DNA of 64,000 nt from the human T2T-CHM13v2.0 reference genome, Homo sapiens: assembly GCF_009914755.1 (NCBI RefSeq), contig NC_060934.1; one strand, given 5' to 3'. Numbering within the stretch: position 1 is the first letter of the stretch; each line of letters begins with the position of its first letter. Made by a program: the position numbers and the translations under genes. Of the stretch, positions 36,537 to 57,030 are shown piece by piece. Under the pieces are notes generated by a model. It did not search any database. It was given only the letters and a program-made list of their open reading frames with translations, and was not told where the DNA came from.

Positions 36537-37184
36537 TGTTACCGGAAAGGAGTGGGGTACTGATCCAGACCCCAAGGGAGGGTTCTTGGATCTTGCACAA
36601 GAGTTCGGGGCAAGTCCACAGAGAAAAGTGAAAGCAAGTTTATTAAGAAAGTCGAGGACTGAAAGAACGGCTGCTCCACAGGCAGAGCAGGGCACTCCTG
36701 AAAGCAAGAGGAGGAAACACCTTAGGTGCAATGCTTGTTCATATTATATATAAGCCCAAAATCATGAGGGAGATGTACTCAGCTACAGGGGCTTATGACA
36801 AACAGTTGTTAACCTTGGTGTAACTACTGTCTTCTGCAAGAATCTGTATTATTATTTTTAAAGAAAAACTTACTCTTAAACCAAGAATGTTTTTGTTCTT
36901 AAGATATCGGGACATCAGGACACTTCCTGGATCTGTTATTTCCCGGGTCTGTTAAGTCCTGAATCTCTTCAGTGAACTTTATTAACTTGTTCCCTTAACT
37001 GTAAATATCCTGTTGACTAAGAATGCCTCACCTCCTGGGAATCCAGCCCAGCAGGTGTCAGCCTCATTTTACCCAGTCGCTTTCGAACCAAAGTGACTCC
37101 ATCTTGAATAGGGGCTGAGTAAAATGAGGCTGAGACCTGCTGGGCTGCATTCCCACTGCATCTTGAACAGTACTGCCTATGACA
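36537..37184 (-). mobile_element. MER41-family ERV1 solo LTR with internal fold-back inversion
   Basis: tgttaccggaaagg...gatccagacccc...gcctatgaca termini; 4-bp TSD gaac (36533-36536, 37185-37188). Confidence 0.85.
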
Positions 37185-37739
37185 GAACTGCAATATAAAT
37201 GACAACACCCAAGGTAAACAAAAGAAAAGATCCTAGCCAGGAAGAAAGAGGGAATGGCAGTTGGACAGGCAACAGGGTCTGTCACTCAGAGGATGGTGCA
37301 GGTGTACCGTAAGTCACAATGCAGATTGATTCTGAGCAAAGATCCTGGGGGAGTGTAAGAGGGAAAGAATCTTAGCAGCTTGATACCAGCAACATTCTTG
37401 TTGAGTGTCACATGACACGGATCCTAGAGAATTTTAAAACATTAACTCACTCTGCCCTAAAAAACTGTTTACATAGTCGTAATCATATAAATGCCGTCCA
37501 ATTTTCTCAACTTTCAGAAGGAATATACAGGCCAACAGTTGCATATGATGGCTCTCAAAAACAGTTTGGCCTCCAGACAGATTTTGTTTGGCTCATGACA
37601 TTTTTTAAAAATGACTGCACAGCTCTTAGGCCACAGGAACCATTCTTCTCTGTATCTCTCATTAGGTCAGTTCCCAAATTTCTGCAAACAGGACCCTGAC
37701 GACATTTGAGTTTAATGCCTCAGGTGGGTAATTTCTTAT

Positions 37740-38570
37740 TGTAGGGTACCCAGCATTCTCTCCCTTTTCTTTTGGTAACAGCATCCTGATTTCCTCTTTG
37801 GAAACCCCTTCAGTGCTTTAGGTGAGGCTTTAGGCCTGGTTCCAGGGGAGGAACCTGAGATCAGGGTCAGGTAATCAGCCTGCCCTTATTCCCTGTTCAG
37901 GGACTGGAGTGAGAACACATGGTTCCAATCAGAGTAAATCCCCAAACGGGCTGGACACAGTGGCTTACGCCTGTAATCCCAGCAGTTTGGGAGGCCAAGG
38001 CTGGCAGATCACGAGGTCAGGAGTTTGAGACCAGTCTGACCAACATGGTGAAACCCCATCTCTACTAAAAATACAAAAATTAGCTGGGCATGGTGGCGTA
38101 TGCCTGTAATCCCAGCTACTCAAGAGGCTGAGGTGGGAGAATCATTTGAACCCTGGAGGCAGAGGTTGCAGTGAGCCAAGACCCGCCATTGCACTCCAGC
38201 CTGGATGACAGAGTGAAACTCCGTTAAAAAAAAAATCCCCAAACAGGACTACTTGGAAGAAACTTTCTCTTCTTCCCATTGGATTTACTGGACTTAAACC
38301 TGAGAAAGGGAAGGGAAAAGCAGCTGCCAATATCTTGACTCCTTGGGGGACACTCACCCAGGCTGCAGCCAACACAAAGAAGAATGTAAGAGCTGGAGAA
38401 AGAGAACCTGGGTCCTGATAACATTTTTGAATGAATCTTTACCTGAGGCTGAATCTATCCCTACATATTGCTGCTTGTGTTGTAAAGCAAATAAATTTAT
38501 TTTCCTGCTTCACCGGCTTCAAGTTGAGTTTTCTGTCACTTTCTACTAAATGAGTCCTAATCAATATATC
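37740..38570 (+). mobile_element. LTR33-like ERVL LTR interrupted by AluS (37950-38235, TSD aaatccccaaac)
   Basis: cccagcatt...ggtaacagcatcctgattt; end gagttttctgtcact...gagtcctaatcaata. Confidence 0.7.
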
Positions 38571-40336
38571 ACTCAGGTGTACCAGCAAATCATGGAAACC
38601 TTCACCATGGTTGCAGAAGAGAATGAAAATTTTATCAACTTGACAGTGGCAAAATAAAGGGAAAGCTGAAAGATTTTGAACGATAGGAAGGTTGTTATGG
38701 AGGGGGTGATATGAGCAAAGGGAAGGTTGAGTTTGCTAATATTCTTATATTTCAAAGTCAGACAATGCTTCCTATAGTTGATACAAAAATCAATCAAGTT
38801 TTAAGTGTGGTGTTTGATGTTGCAGAAGTGACAAGGGGAAAACTGGAAATAAAGATGGAACAGTGTTGGGAGGAGATGGGGTGTAGTAAGTAGCTAAACG
38901 CTCATCTATCTTATTAGAAAATCAACAGATAATGTCTAAAGTTGACAGATAAATAGAGGCATAAGCATATTAGTTAGTGGGAGAGATATCCATCTATCAT
39001 AGCCAAACGTCAATAAATAATATTTTAAGTCAATGAATTAAGAAACAGAAATATAAACATATGATTTATATTATGGTGCTATCTATCAAAAAAAAACTAA
39101 AGACAAACAGTTATAAGTAGTTGCCTTTAAGGAAGAAGAATGGAAATGAGGCAGAAGATGATTCCTTCTATTATAAACTCTTACGTATGTTTTATATTTA
39201 AATCATATAGAAGTATTACTTAATAGAATTTTTTTAATTTAAAAGGAATAAAGTCAACTTACATGGGGCAATACGAAAAATTGCCAGGAAATACTTTGAA
39301 TGACAAAAGCAAATTGAAAAGTTAAGCACATGTGGATATCTAAAAATATACCCATATAAATATATACATGTATGTGCTTACTTTTATGTAGAAAAGCTTC
39401 AGAGGAATGTCCAAGAAGTCTTCTGCCTCAGGAGAGGGGACACTAAAGGTCTGATTTGGGAGGAAGATGCTTTTCATGGTATACCCTGTTGTACTGTTTG
39501 AATTTTGTTAACCATGTGCAAATACTAACTTTTCTATTAGAAAAAAATAGCATGGAAACATCCCAAGGTGACAAGGCACCAACATGCTCAGTTCTAGGTG
39601 AGGTCTCAGATGAAAATCAAGCATGTGGCACCAATGATCTCTCCAAAGGGGAGACCAGCAGAGCGGATCTCAGCCATTCAGTGCCTCCATCAGGATGCCT
39701 TAAGAAGATTTGTCATTTTCCATAGAGAGCGCATAGAGAAAGCACTATCACTGGGGCCCATGTCTTCAAACATCATTGATTGAGAACTCACTGCAGAGCA
39801 GGTTCTGAGTCAGGTGCTACTTGGAGTGAAATAAGCCAGGATCCTGCTCTCTTGGAGCCCAAAGGGCAGTAGAGCACATGAGTGAGTGTGGTGAGTGCAG
39901 TGAGGAAACCCGCTGGCTCCTGGAAATAAGATAATGACCCAAGTCAGGAAGCCCGGCTGATCTTGCATCCCCTTGTTTCCTGAGTCTCACTTTCTCTGTG
40001 GGGATCCCGCTAATCGCTTCTGCCACAGTGGCCTCGGGAGGCACTGCCCTCTGCCTTAAAAATCCAGCCCAAGAAAAGGGACACAACTGCCCCTTCTGCA
40101 CAATTCAGCGGATAATCATCTTTGGTGCATGACCAGACTTTGCTGATTACAAAAGGCAATTATGCCTCTCTAAAAAAAAGTTTTCTTTTTGACTGTTTGC
40201 TGGGTAACATCATTGTCGGTGCCCCAAAGCCCCCAGGTTATTTGTCGCAGGGTCTTCCGGGGCTTCCGGTCTGCCGAGTTCCTGTTCAGCATCTGGGTAG
40301 CATGGACTGTCTTACCCCTGTCAAGCCCATCTAGAT

Positions 40337-40673
<337 letters not shown>

Positions 40674-41077
40674 CTAGATTCCTTAGAATCTAGGCTTAAG
40701 CGATAAGGCCCTGGGTTCCCTCGCTCTCCTAAGAGCCACCTTGCTAGTCATTTCCTGCCCCAAGATGATTAATGCTGAGAACATCCTCTGCCCTAAGGGA
40801 AGACCGACCTTTGCTCCCAGGCCTTAGCCTTGGTACCAGCAGGACAGCACGCACAACGGAGTTCAGGAGTCCCACATCAGTCCCTGAAAGTAACAGGAAG
40901 CATCATTTCTTTCTCAGTGTGGAGGAAGGAAGGTCACCTAACCAAGACAGGAGGGGCAGAGGAAGGGGCAGGAAACAGATCTGGGGTATAAGACCCAGAA
41001 ACACAGCAGTGGTTGTAGATAAGGCCAGGATCAGTGCCATTGTCTGATTTCACATCCTCTCCCTTCCCCTATATTTA

Positions 41078-41377
41078 CACTCATGCACTGCGTAACAATG
41101 TTTCAGTGAACAAGGGCCCGCATACATGGCAGTGGTCCCATAAGATAATAATACTGTATTTTAGGTTTCGATACACAAATACTTACTTGTGTTAAAACTG
41201 CCTGTAGTATTCAGTATAGTCACATGCTGTCCAGGTTTGTAGCCTAGGAGCAATAGGCTATACCCTATACCCCAGGTGTGCTGTGGACTCTACCATCCAT
41301 GGGATATTTGTACAGTGAAATTGCCTAATTTTACGTCTTTCAGAATGTATCCCTGTCGTTAACCAGCACATGACTAT
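41078..41377 (+). mobile_element. Tigger3a (MER7A) DNA transposon
   Basis: ggtcccataagat, tttgtagcctaggagcaataggcta, terminal catgact. Confidence 0.8.
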
Positions 41378-41432
41378 ATTTTTAAATCAAAGTGAACTTA
41401 AAATGGGGATTCACTTCCATTTTTTTGGTAAG

Positions 41433-41733
41433 GATTTTTTTTTTTTTTTTTGAGATGGAGTCTGGCTCTGTCACCCAGGCTGGAGTGCAGTGGCACAATC
41501 TCGGCTCACTGCAACCTCTGCCTCCTGGGTTCAAGCGATCCCCTGCCTCAGCCTCCCATGTAGGTGGAATTACAGGCACCTGCCACCATGCCTGGCTAAT
41601 TTTTGCATTTTTAGTAGAGACAGGGTTTTGCCATGTTGACCAGGCTGGTCTCGAACTCCTGACCTCAGGTGATCTACCCACCTCAGCCTCCCAAAGTGCT
41701 GGGATTACAGGCATGAGCCACCACACCCAGCCT
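41433..41733 (-). mobile_element. AluS
   Basis: Full-length, TSD tttggtaag.attt. Confidence 0.95.
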
Positions 41734-42077
41734 TTGGTAAGAATTTCTCCAACATTTCTGAGGTCAGTGAAAATGCCCTAATTGTGTTGCAAAACTAGAT
41801 TTGACTGTCATCGGGTTTGCCTGGAAGCAAGACTGCCCTGCCTTCACAATCTGGAATTCTCTTTACTCCTCTTTTTAATCCTCACACTGAATTCCCAGCT
41901 GATTACAAAATTATCTTCCTTCAGGAAAAAGAAATCAAAAGCTTTTCTGCTTTCTACCCAAAAGTATCGCTGAAATGTAAAGGGCTGGTGAATCAGGTAG
42001 CCTAAGAAAAATACACCTTTCCTGTCTGATGCTCAGCAATGCCCCAAGCTTCAGGACTCTACTGACATCATTATCAC

Positions 42078-42389
42078 TTCTTTTTTTTTTTTTTTTTTTT
42101 TTTTTTTGAGGCAGAATCTTGCTTTTTTGCCCAGGCTGGAGTACAGTAGCACACTTTTGGCTCACTGCAACCTCCGCCTTCCAGGCTCAAGCAATTCTCC
42201 TGCCTCAGCCTCCTGAGTATCTGGGATTACAGGTGCCCACCATCACGCCCAGCTAATTTTTGTATTTTTATTAGAGATGGGGTTTCACCATGTTGGCCAA
42301 GCTGGTTTTGAACTCCTGTCCTCAAATGATCTGCCTGCCTCAGCCTCCCAAAGTGCTGGGATTACAGGTGTGAGCCACCATGCCCGGCC
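42078..42389 (-). mobile_element. AluS
   Basis: Full-length, TSD gacatcattatcacttct. Confidence 0.95.
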
Positions 42390-43622
42390 ATAGACATCAT
42401 TATCACTTCTACTAATACTTCAGAGGAAATACTGATCAGGTTCCTATTTAGCTTCCTTCAATGGACCCTTGTCCTTTGGGTGGATTCAGAGACCCCCAGA
42501 TATGCCCACTCCCCATCTCCTGTCACTATTCTTCTTGGCCCACAGCCTGCATTCGGGGGGGTGTTCAGCCTCCTGGGGTGGCCGGAAGAACAGGCAGCCA
42601 AAGTCGAGGCCATCCCTGGAGAGTTAATAAAGCCAGATAGAATTCTATCCTTGGGAAGGTGGCTAGGCCATGTCATTGCACAATCAGTACGATGTCTTAT
42701 CTGCAAATAGTGTCCAGCTGTCTACAAATTTTTGCCCCAGTTGTTTCAGAGTGAAAAAGCTTCTGCCTTAAGCCACATGCCCTGTATCCTTTCCCAATAG
42801 CTGCCCCTTGGCAATGTGTTGTCCCATATTCACATCCCACCTGCCCTAGGACTTCCAGCCCATTGCATTCTTCATCCTCCCAGGGCCAAGTGTGCTAACC
42901 ATCCTTGCCTTCCTGTGTGACACACTATGGGCAAGTGGTGACGAAGGAATGAAGAGAGCAGGTCCTATAGCAAGTTGCCCACAAATGAAAAATCTTCATA
43001 CTGTATTAATCTTTAAAAGTAGATTATAAAGCATTATATATGATCTCATTTGTTAAAGAAAGAGCCATTAAATTTTAAAGAAAAAGTGAATATGATTCCC
43101 GATACAGGTCAAAGCACTAATCCAAGTTCTAAATGACTCACGAGTAGTAAGATAACTCCACTAAAATAACAGTGAAATCATTTAAAGGGTTTAAAATGAT
43201 AATGACAATGAGGGCAGAAGAAGAGGCAATAGAGGACAATAGACATAAATGGAAACTGGAAAGGGAGCAATAACAGACTTAGCTGAATGCAACCTGTGCA
43301 TCTGCAAAGAATACAAGATGAGAAGCACATTGCTGAACCCCACACACTCTCCCACTCTTAATGTTTCCCAGAGCCTTAGAAATCGGAAGCACCAGGTGAT
43401 CTGGAGGTCTGGGGGTGTGGGGGATCATTTGAAAATTTACCAAAATAACAGTTAGACACTGCTCTGGTTGGAATGTTTATGTATCTTGTTAGGTGCATAT
43501 ATGTTCATGATGATTATGTCTTCTTGCCCTTTCTAGTCTTTTTGACAGCATATAAGAGGAGTCTTATATACTGTTCCTTATTCTGTTGAGTATTAAAATT
43601 GCTTCCCAAGTTTAAAGCATGA

Positions 43623-44660
<1,038 letters not shown>

Positions 44661-44772
44661 TACCACACGGACTAAGGATAATTACTATGGAACAAAGAAT
44701 TATAATTCCCCAAAGGAAAGGATTGTCCACTATAGCATTTATGCTTTCCCAAGGCAATATATTTTTGTTATT

Positions 44773-45268
44773 GTGTCAGTCGGGGTCTAAGTGTCAATGG
44801 GGGTCTCAGCAGGCAACAGATGTTACCTTCACAGTATTATATTAAAGGGAGCTTAATAAGGGACTATGTACAGAGAGGTGGGCAGGATTAAGGGAACCCA
44901 TAAGGGAAGGTAAAACATCCAGACCCGTGGGTCTGAAAGGTCAAGGTGAGGGAACCTGGAACCCAGAAAGAGCTGGAGCTCTAGAAGCTGGAGCTCATTG
45001 GCATCTAACAGAAGCAGATGAGGTGCATTGAAGAGAAATGAACCCACTGCCAAAATTTCAGCAATACAAGCAGGGAATGGGAAAAATGAGTACCCCACAT
45101 CTCTCCCCCCGCCCCCTGATCTGTTGATACCTCTCGTTGCTCAAACCCAAGACAAAGAGACAGAGGAACCCACTGATACAGTCCACAGAGGTCAGCCTCT
45201 GGGATACAGAGCAGGGCGAGAAGCGTAGAGAATGATTTCAGAGGGACAAATGGAAAATACGTTCACAT
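44773..45268 (-). mobile_element. LTR41-like ERVL LTR
   Basis: cagtccacagaggtcagcctctggg...cagagcaggg...gagggacaaatggaaaata. Confidence 0.6.
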
Positions 45269-45718
45269 GAATCGGGGGAAACAACCATGAATTTTAATTT
45301 TACGTATAGTGCTTACGTAAATCGGAGAAAAAAATTTAATTTTAATTCCTGTCACATAGGAAAAAAAATTTGACTTGGTGAAACCCACAATTGTCCTGAT
45401 GGTCTCTATATTTCACTTTTGGGACAGCAGCATTTGAAAAAAAAAATTATTGCAAGGATTTTTAAACCATATTATTTCCTAGGTTTTTTCTTGTACATCA
45501 ACCATACTGCACAATGAGAAGTGATATTGGCATAGGCATAGATGATTACGGAATCCTCTGCAGCTAAGAGAAAAGTATGCTCTTCTTCATTCATGCAGGA
45601 AATGGACTAAAAACACATTAAACATTTTGACAATGAAGATCAGAAGAGAATAGCTTTTTATATTTACTCACAGTAAACCAAAAAAAATTAAAACTTTAAA
45701 ACAATTTCTTGAGCAGAA

Positions 45719-45885
45719 ATTTTTTTTTGTTTAGTTTTAGACACAGGGTCTTGCTCTATCACCCAGGCTGGAGTGCAGTGACTCAATCATAGCTCAGCAC
45801 ACCCTTGAACCCCCGGGCTGAAGCCATCCTCCTGCCGCAAACTGTCAAAGCGCTGGGATTCCAGGCATGAGCCACTGCACTCATC
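45719..45885 (-). mobile_element. FRAM/monomeric Alu
   Basis: Single-arm Alu; flanking tgagcagaa repeat. Confidence 0.8.
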
Positions 45886-47331
45886 TGAGCAGAAGTTTAC
45901 TATCTTTATCATATCAAGTTATCCTCACCCTTTATCTCATGATACTATCCCCATTTACTATCCCCAGCATCCTCTGATCCTGATAGGGTAGCTGAGAAAG
46001 AAAGTCATTTGTAGAGGAAACTGAAGCAATGGCCGACTTCGTACCCTATGGACAGTAGCAAGCTAAATCCAGAAGGGAATAAAGAATGTTTTTGAGATTC
46101 CTCAATAGATTGCCATCTGCTGACTAATCACATTTCTGTATAAGCTTGTTTCTCTGACTGTGCCTCTGAATGATAAAACAAGCGTGTTTGGGGCCATGAG
46201 GACGCATTTCAAAGAGTAGCGGGCTCTAACTCAGAAGTCTCATATTCTAGTCCCAACCCTGTCACCGTGGAGCTGTGTGACCTTGGACAAATCATGGCTC
46301 TGTCTTGGCTTCCATTTCTTCCAATGGAAAATAAAAGTCCAGGTCTACACTCCTGCTCTCGGGCCACTCTGGGAGGGTTTCTCTGTTAGATATCAGAGAG
46401 TTACGTATATTATTAAATAACCTGTAATTAACAAAATGATATCCAGATATTTGGTGTGCAAACACTGCCCTCAATTGCTGTGATCCATGAGAAACTTGAG
46501 GAATTTGGATGTGTGTAGATCATCAGATGCTTAAGAAAGGCTTCAGAGTGACCAATGGACCATGCTGTGCATGGAGAGTCACGGAAGGGTGCATTGTCAG
46601 GGATGGTTCTCGGTTTGTCCAGGAGCTTCCCCTCCGGGAAGCTTTGCCTTCAGAGGCTCCTATTTCCCTTGCCTAGGAAGAGGCTGCCAACTGCTCTGTC
46701 GACTTCCCTAAGACCAGTTCATTCCACCCTCAATATTTGAGCCCAGAGTGCAGCAACAGAAGCCCTCTTGCTTCTTTGCCTCTCAATAGCCTTGGCTTTC
46801 TCTCCTTTGGCCTGAATTAATCGTACTAACCAGAAGCATATTTAGGGGCCTTTAAGACTCAAGCAGCCTTAGGCCAGCTAACAGACACAGGCTGTCAGTG
46901 GATGCAACCAGCACCTATTAGATTTTCTCCCAGTTCCCATTTCTGTGTTCAAACACCCTTCTATTCACTGCCTTCCTAAAAGCGATTTTCTCTGGATATT
47001 GGAGGATGACTGTATCAGTTTCCTAACCACCAGTTATGTTGGTTATGATAGCAAAAGAAAGAGAACTCAAGACAAAATTGTTTCATCAAAATAAGGAATT
47101 TGTTGGCTCACCTGAGGGAGTGTAAAACCAACTTTGGGCAAGATTATAGATGGGGCTGAAGGATTTTTCCAGATTTTAGAGGCATGAACACTGTTGCCAA
47201 ATCTCCTAAGAGAAACATTTATTTAATATAGCTCTGAAGGGTTAAGCTTCTTGGAGCAGGTGACATCTAGATGGAATCCTGAAAGATGAGTAGGATAAAT
47301 TGTACGAGAAAAGAGGGAATTGGGCGACAGA

Positions 47332-47697
47332 AGTATATTAGTCTGTTCTCACATTGTAGATAATGACATACCCGAAACTGGGTAATTTACAAAGAAAAAG
47401 AGGTTTAATGAACTCACAGTTCCACGTGGTTGGGGAGGCCTCACAAACATGGCAGAAAGTGAAAGGCACGTCTTACATGGCAGCAGGCAAGAGAGAGAAT
47501 GGGGACCAAGCGAAAGGGGTTTCCCCTTAGAGAACCATCAGATCTCGTGAGACTTATGCACTGTCAAGAGAACAGTATGGGGAAAACTGCCCCCAAGATT
47601 CAATTATCTCCCATCGGGTCCTTCCCACAACACATGGGAATTATGGGAGCTACAATTCAAGGTGAGATTTGGGTGGGGGCACAGCAAAACCATATCA
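47332..47697 (-). mobile_element. THE1 (MaLR) solo LTR
   Basis: tattagtctgttctcac...actcacagttccac...ggtgagatttgggtgggg...aaaccatatca. Confidence 0.92.
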
Positions 47698-48339
47698 AGA
47701 AAGAAAGACATTCCAGATAGAAAGGGAAGCACGAGATGAGGCCTGGAAGCAAGAGAAAGCAAAGTTCCCTTGGGACATGGCCAGCCTTTCATATGGCCGA
47801 AAGGTAGGAGAGATGAGAAATGGAACTCACAGAAGTCAGCTGCAGGTAGATGAAGGTGGTTCTTCTTCACCACGCTGAAAATATAAGCTTTGTCCTGAGG
47901 GTTCTTAGGCGGCACTGGATGAATAACGACAGCGCCTCAAATAAAAGGTGCTGTGAAAGCTGAACCCAACATTATATGAAATGAAGAATGGCCAGCCCTA
48001 TCATCTGCTCCTGATGGGTGCAGAGGTTTAGGGTTAGGTAGATATATAGGCAGCTAGTTCTGAAGAACTGCTTTCCTCAGACACTTCCCAGTTGACTGTG
48101 ATATAGGATTTACTAAATCCTAGACAGCAACAAGTAGAATATTTTAAAATTGCTATAATCAAAGGAATAGTAATAAACAAGAGGCTTCGGTCTGTGTCAA
48201 ACAAGAATCTCCAGGCAAAGAGTTGAAATCAATTACATGAGTTCAAACACAAAAAAAGAAAGAAACTGTTAGGTAACCATAGTATGCATCCAAACTGTGA
48301 CTGGTCTTTTAAAATATGATTTTATTAAGTTACAGTTCA

Positions 48340-48635
48340 GCTGGGCACAGCGGCTTGCACCTGTAATCCCAGCACTTTGTGAGGCCAAGTTAGAAAGATT
48401 GCCCAGAAGTTCGAGACCAGGGAATGATAGGAAAATCCTATCTTTACCAAAAGTAAAAAAAAAAAAAAGATTGCCAGGAGTGGTAGTATGTGCCTGTAGC
48501 TCTACCAGCTACTCTAGGAGGCTGAGGTGGGAGGATTGCTTGAGCCCAGGAGGTCAAGGCTGCAGTAAGACAAGATTGCACCTGCACTCCATCCTAGGTG
48601 ACAGAGTAAGACCCTGTCTCAAAAAAAAAAAAAAA
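48340..48635 (+). mobile_element. AluJ
   Basis: Diverged dimeric Alu. Confidence 0.88.
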
Positions 48636-48639
48636 TTAC

Positions 48640-49400
48640 AATTTACATACAACTAAAATTTTCCAATTTGAAGTGTTTGTTTTGAGTTGTGATAAATGAC
48701 GGAAATCACATCGCCACCACCCCAATTGAGATACAAAATGTTATCATCATCGTCAAAACTTCCCTTATGCCTCTTGTCAGCTAATCTCCTAATCCCATGC
48801 CTTGGCTCTGGCAACCACTGATCTTTCTGTAGATATAGTCTTGCCTTTTCTACAATTCCATAACAATGGAATCATGTAATATATAGTCTTCTGTGCCTAG
48901 CTTTTCATTTAGCTTTTGAGATTCATCATGTTGTTTGATCAGTGGTTTTCTTTCTTTTTATCGGTCAGTAGGATTCCATTGTTTAGGTACGCTACAATTT
49001 GTTTACCTGTTCACCAGATAATAGCATTTTAGTTGTTTTTCCTCATGGATGTCTAATTCTTCTAGCATCATTTGTTGGAAAGACTATTCTTTCTCCTTTG
49101 AATTCTGTTGGCATTTTTGTGAAAAATCAATTGACCACGCGTGTTTGAGTCTCTTTCTGGACTCATCTCTGTTCCGTTGATCTGTGTGTCTAAATTTATG
49201 CCAATACCACACTGTCTTGATGACTGTAGCTTTAAAATAAGTCTTGAAATGAGGTAGTGAGAGTCCTCCCACTTTGTTCTTTATTTTCAACATTATTTTG
49301 TCCACTCTAGGTCCTTTACAATTACATACAAATGTACAATCAGCCTGTCAATTTCTACCAAAAACATTCTCCCAGGATTTTGATTGGAATTTGCTTTGTA
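48640..49400 (-). mobile_element. Ancient L1M fragment
   Basis: Translated [17 protein letters not shown]; ctggcaaccactgatct. Confidence 0.8.
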
Positions 49401-49409
49401 ATTATTTTA

Positions 49410-50170
<761 letters not shown>

Positions 50171-50269
50171 ACCTTTTTTAAAATATGTCATGACATCATA
50201 ACATACAGAAAATTTAAAAATATTTACAATACAGAATTTCACTGAATCTGTAGATAGATTTGGGGGGTT

Positions 50270-50455
50270 TAGTAGGCTAGCTAAATAATGGCCCCAAAGT
50301 CTCATGTCTTTATCCCTGGAATCTCCAAATGTGACCTTCTATGGCAAAGACTTTGCAGGTATGATTATGTTAAAGATCCTGAGATGGGGGATTATCCCGC
50401 ATTATCCAAGTGGGCCCTAAAGGCAACTACACGTATCTTTGCAACAGGGAGGCAA
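50270..50455 (+). mobile_element. MLT1 (MaLR) LTR fragment
   Basis: aataatggccccaaag...gactttgcag...gagatgggggattatcc...gtgggcccta. Confidence 0.75.
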
Positions 50456-50515
50456 ACCTTTCACCAAAACCTTTCACCTGTACTGTTCCATCTCCTCAAA
50501 CATGTGACTCTCTCA

Positions 50516-50820
<305 letters not shown>

Positions 50821-50917
50821 TGATTCTCTCAATTATCTGCTGACTGCTGATACGCCTCCTGCTCTTCACTCACTCTCTACGGCCATTTTCTATCACCATT
50901 TAAAACTGCTTGTCAGT

Positions 50918-51243
<326 letters not shown>

Positions 51244-51335
51244 TCAAAATCTTACTCTTTATTTTCTTAGTAGTAATGTACCTTTTTCTAAATTTGTCTC
51301 GGGTATCCAGGATTTAAATATATCTTTGTGTTTGA

Positions 51336-53355
<2,020 letters not shown>

Positions 53356-53733
53356 AATGACAAAGTGCTCCATTGGTTTACCCTTTTTGGATCTTGGTCC
53401 ACATCTCAGTCAGGTTACCTATTTACCTTCACTCACACATTAGCAGACCTAGTTTCAGATGTTACCCATTGTGACCAAGGTCATAAGGAAGTCTATGCGC
53501 TTGAAACTATCATCAAGAGAGGAAAGGAAAATATAATCAAAGGAAGGCTAGCAAATCCCAACTTTCATACTCCAAATATGCAAATAAACTCTTTAGCAGA
53601 TAATGTGAATAAAAATCAATAACTATTCACTCTATTTTCTGTTCCTAAAATATTAAAATTAACCTAATTTTAAATATATATTTTTTAGAGATTTATTATG
53701 TGTTTATTTATTTTCATTTTTACATACAATATG

Positions 53734-53888
53734 ACCATCTTCCAAACCAGGAAGAGAGCCCTTACCAGACACCAGATCTGCCAGCACCGTGATCTTGGAC
53801 CACCAGCCTCCAGAACTATGAAAACTAAAGTTTGTCATTAAGTCACCCAGTCAATAGCGTTCTGTTACAGCAGCCCGAACTAAGACAG
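53734..53888 (+). mobile_element. MaLR (MLT1A/MST) LTR 3' part
   Basis: ccagcctccagaactatga...cagcagcccgaactaagaca. Confidence 0.75.
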
Positions 53889-54069
53889 GACATGAAGAGA
53901 AAATTCTGAAATATTTGAAACCAAGACATTTCAGACATAAGATAAGCTACTAAAGTTCCCTTAAACTGTGTCTATTCCTTTGTGATGTCATGTTGCTTAA
54001 GACGATAACAGGATGACAGCTAAAAATAAAACCATGAACATCCCCCATCCAACTATAATAGTAACTTAA

Positions 54070-54435
<366 letters not shown>

Positions 54436-54479
54436 TAATCATACACAATCTTGGAAAATGGATATTAAAAATGTTAAAG

Positions 54480-54770
54480 GCGGAGCCCAGTGGCTCATGC
54501 CTGTAATCCCAGCACTTTGGGAGGCCAAGGTGGGCAGATCGCTTAAGCCCAGGCGTTCAAGACCAATCTGGGTAACATGGCAAAACCCTGTCTTTACAAA
54601 AAAATACAGAAACTTAGCCAGCCATGCTGGCATGCACCTGTGGTCCCAGCTACTCAGGAGGCTGAGGTGGGAGGATCACTTGAGCCTGAGAGGTCAAGGC
54701 TGCAGAGAGCTGAGATCACACCACTGCACTCCAGCCTGGGTGACAGAGTGAGACCTTGTCTCAAAAAAAA
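54480..54770 (+). mobile_element. AluJ
   Basis: Dimeric Alu with J-type right arm. Confidence 0.9.
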
Positions 54771-55254
54771 CCTATAATTCCACCATCCTAGGAGTAACAT
54801 AATTTCTAGTCTATAACAGAGTACTATAGATACAATTTAGTAATCCTATTTTCCTTGCTTATTATAGTGTATTTTATGCTTCCACAAGGTCCTCAAATCA
54901 CTGTGTTCAGTGGCTGCCTGGTGTGTGTTGTACAGCTACTCTCTGCTTTTCACTAGAACAGAGAAAGAGTTTTCATGAATACAGCCTTTTCCCTATAGGA
55001 GAAAGATAATCTTTATGATTTCTCTTTCCCCTCTATTTTAGATTATTCCATCAAGATACCAGCACAAAGAAGATAAAACTTTTCAAGTTTCTTAAAATTG
55101 CCAAATCTTCTCCTGAAAGAGTAAATCTTATCTCTCGTCAACAGTAGTCATTGGACTTACCAGATAAAAAAGAAGCACTAAGTAGAGGCTGCAATACAAG
55201 AGTCCGTTAGCCAATAATGCTTTTTTAAAAATGTGACTCAAATTCACAATTTTT

Positions 55255-57030
<1,776 letters not shown>

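Noticed and set aside
38900-39070. Two degenerate ~85-bp similar segments
   Set aside because: Within probable old L1M 3'UTR sequence; too diverged to separate from repeat-internal structure by eye
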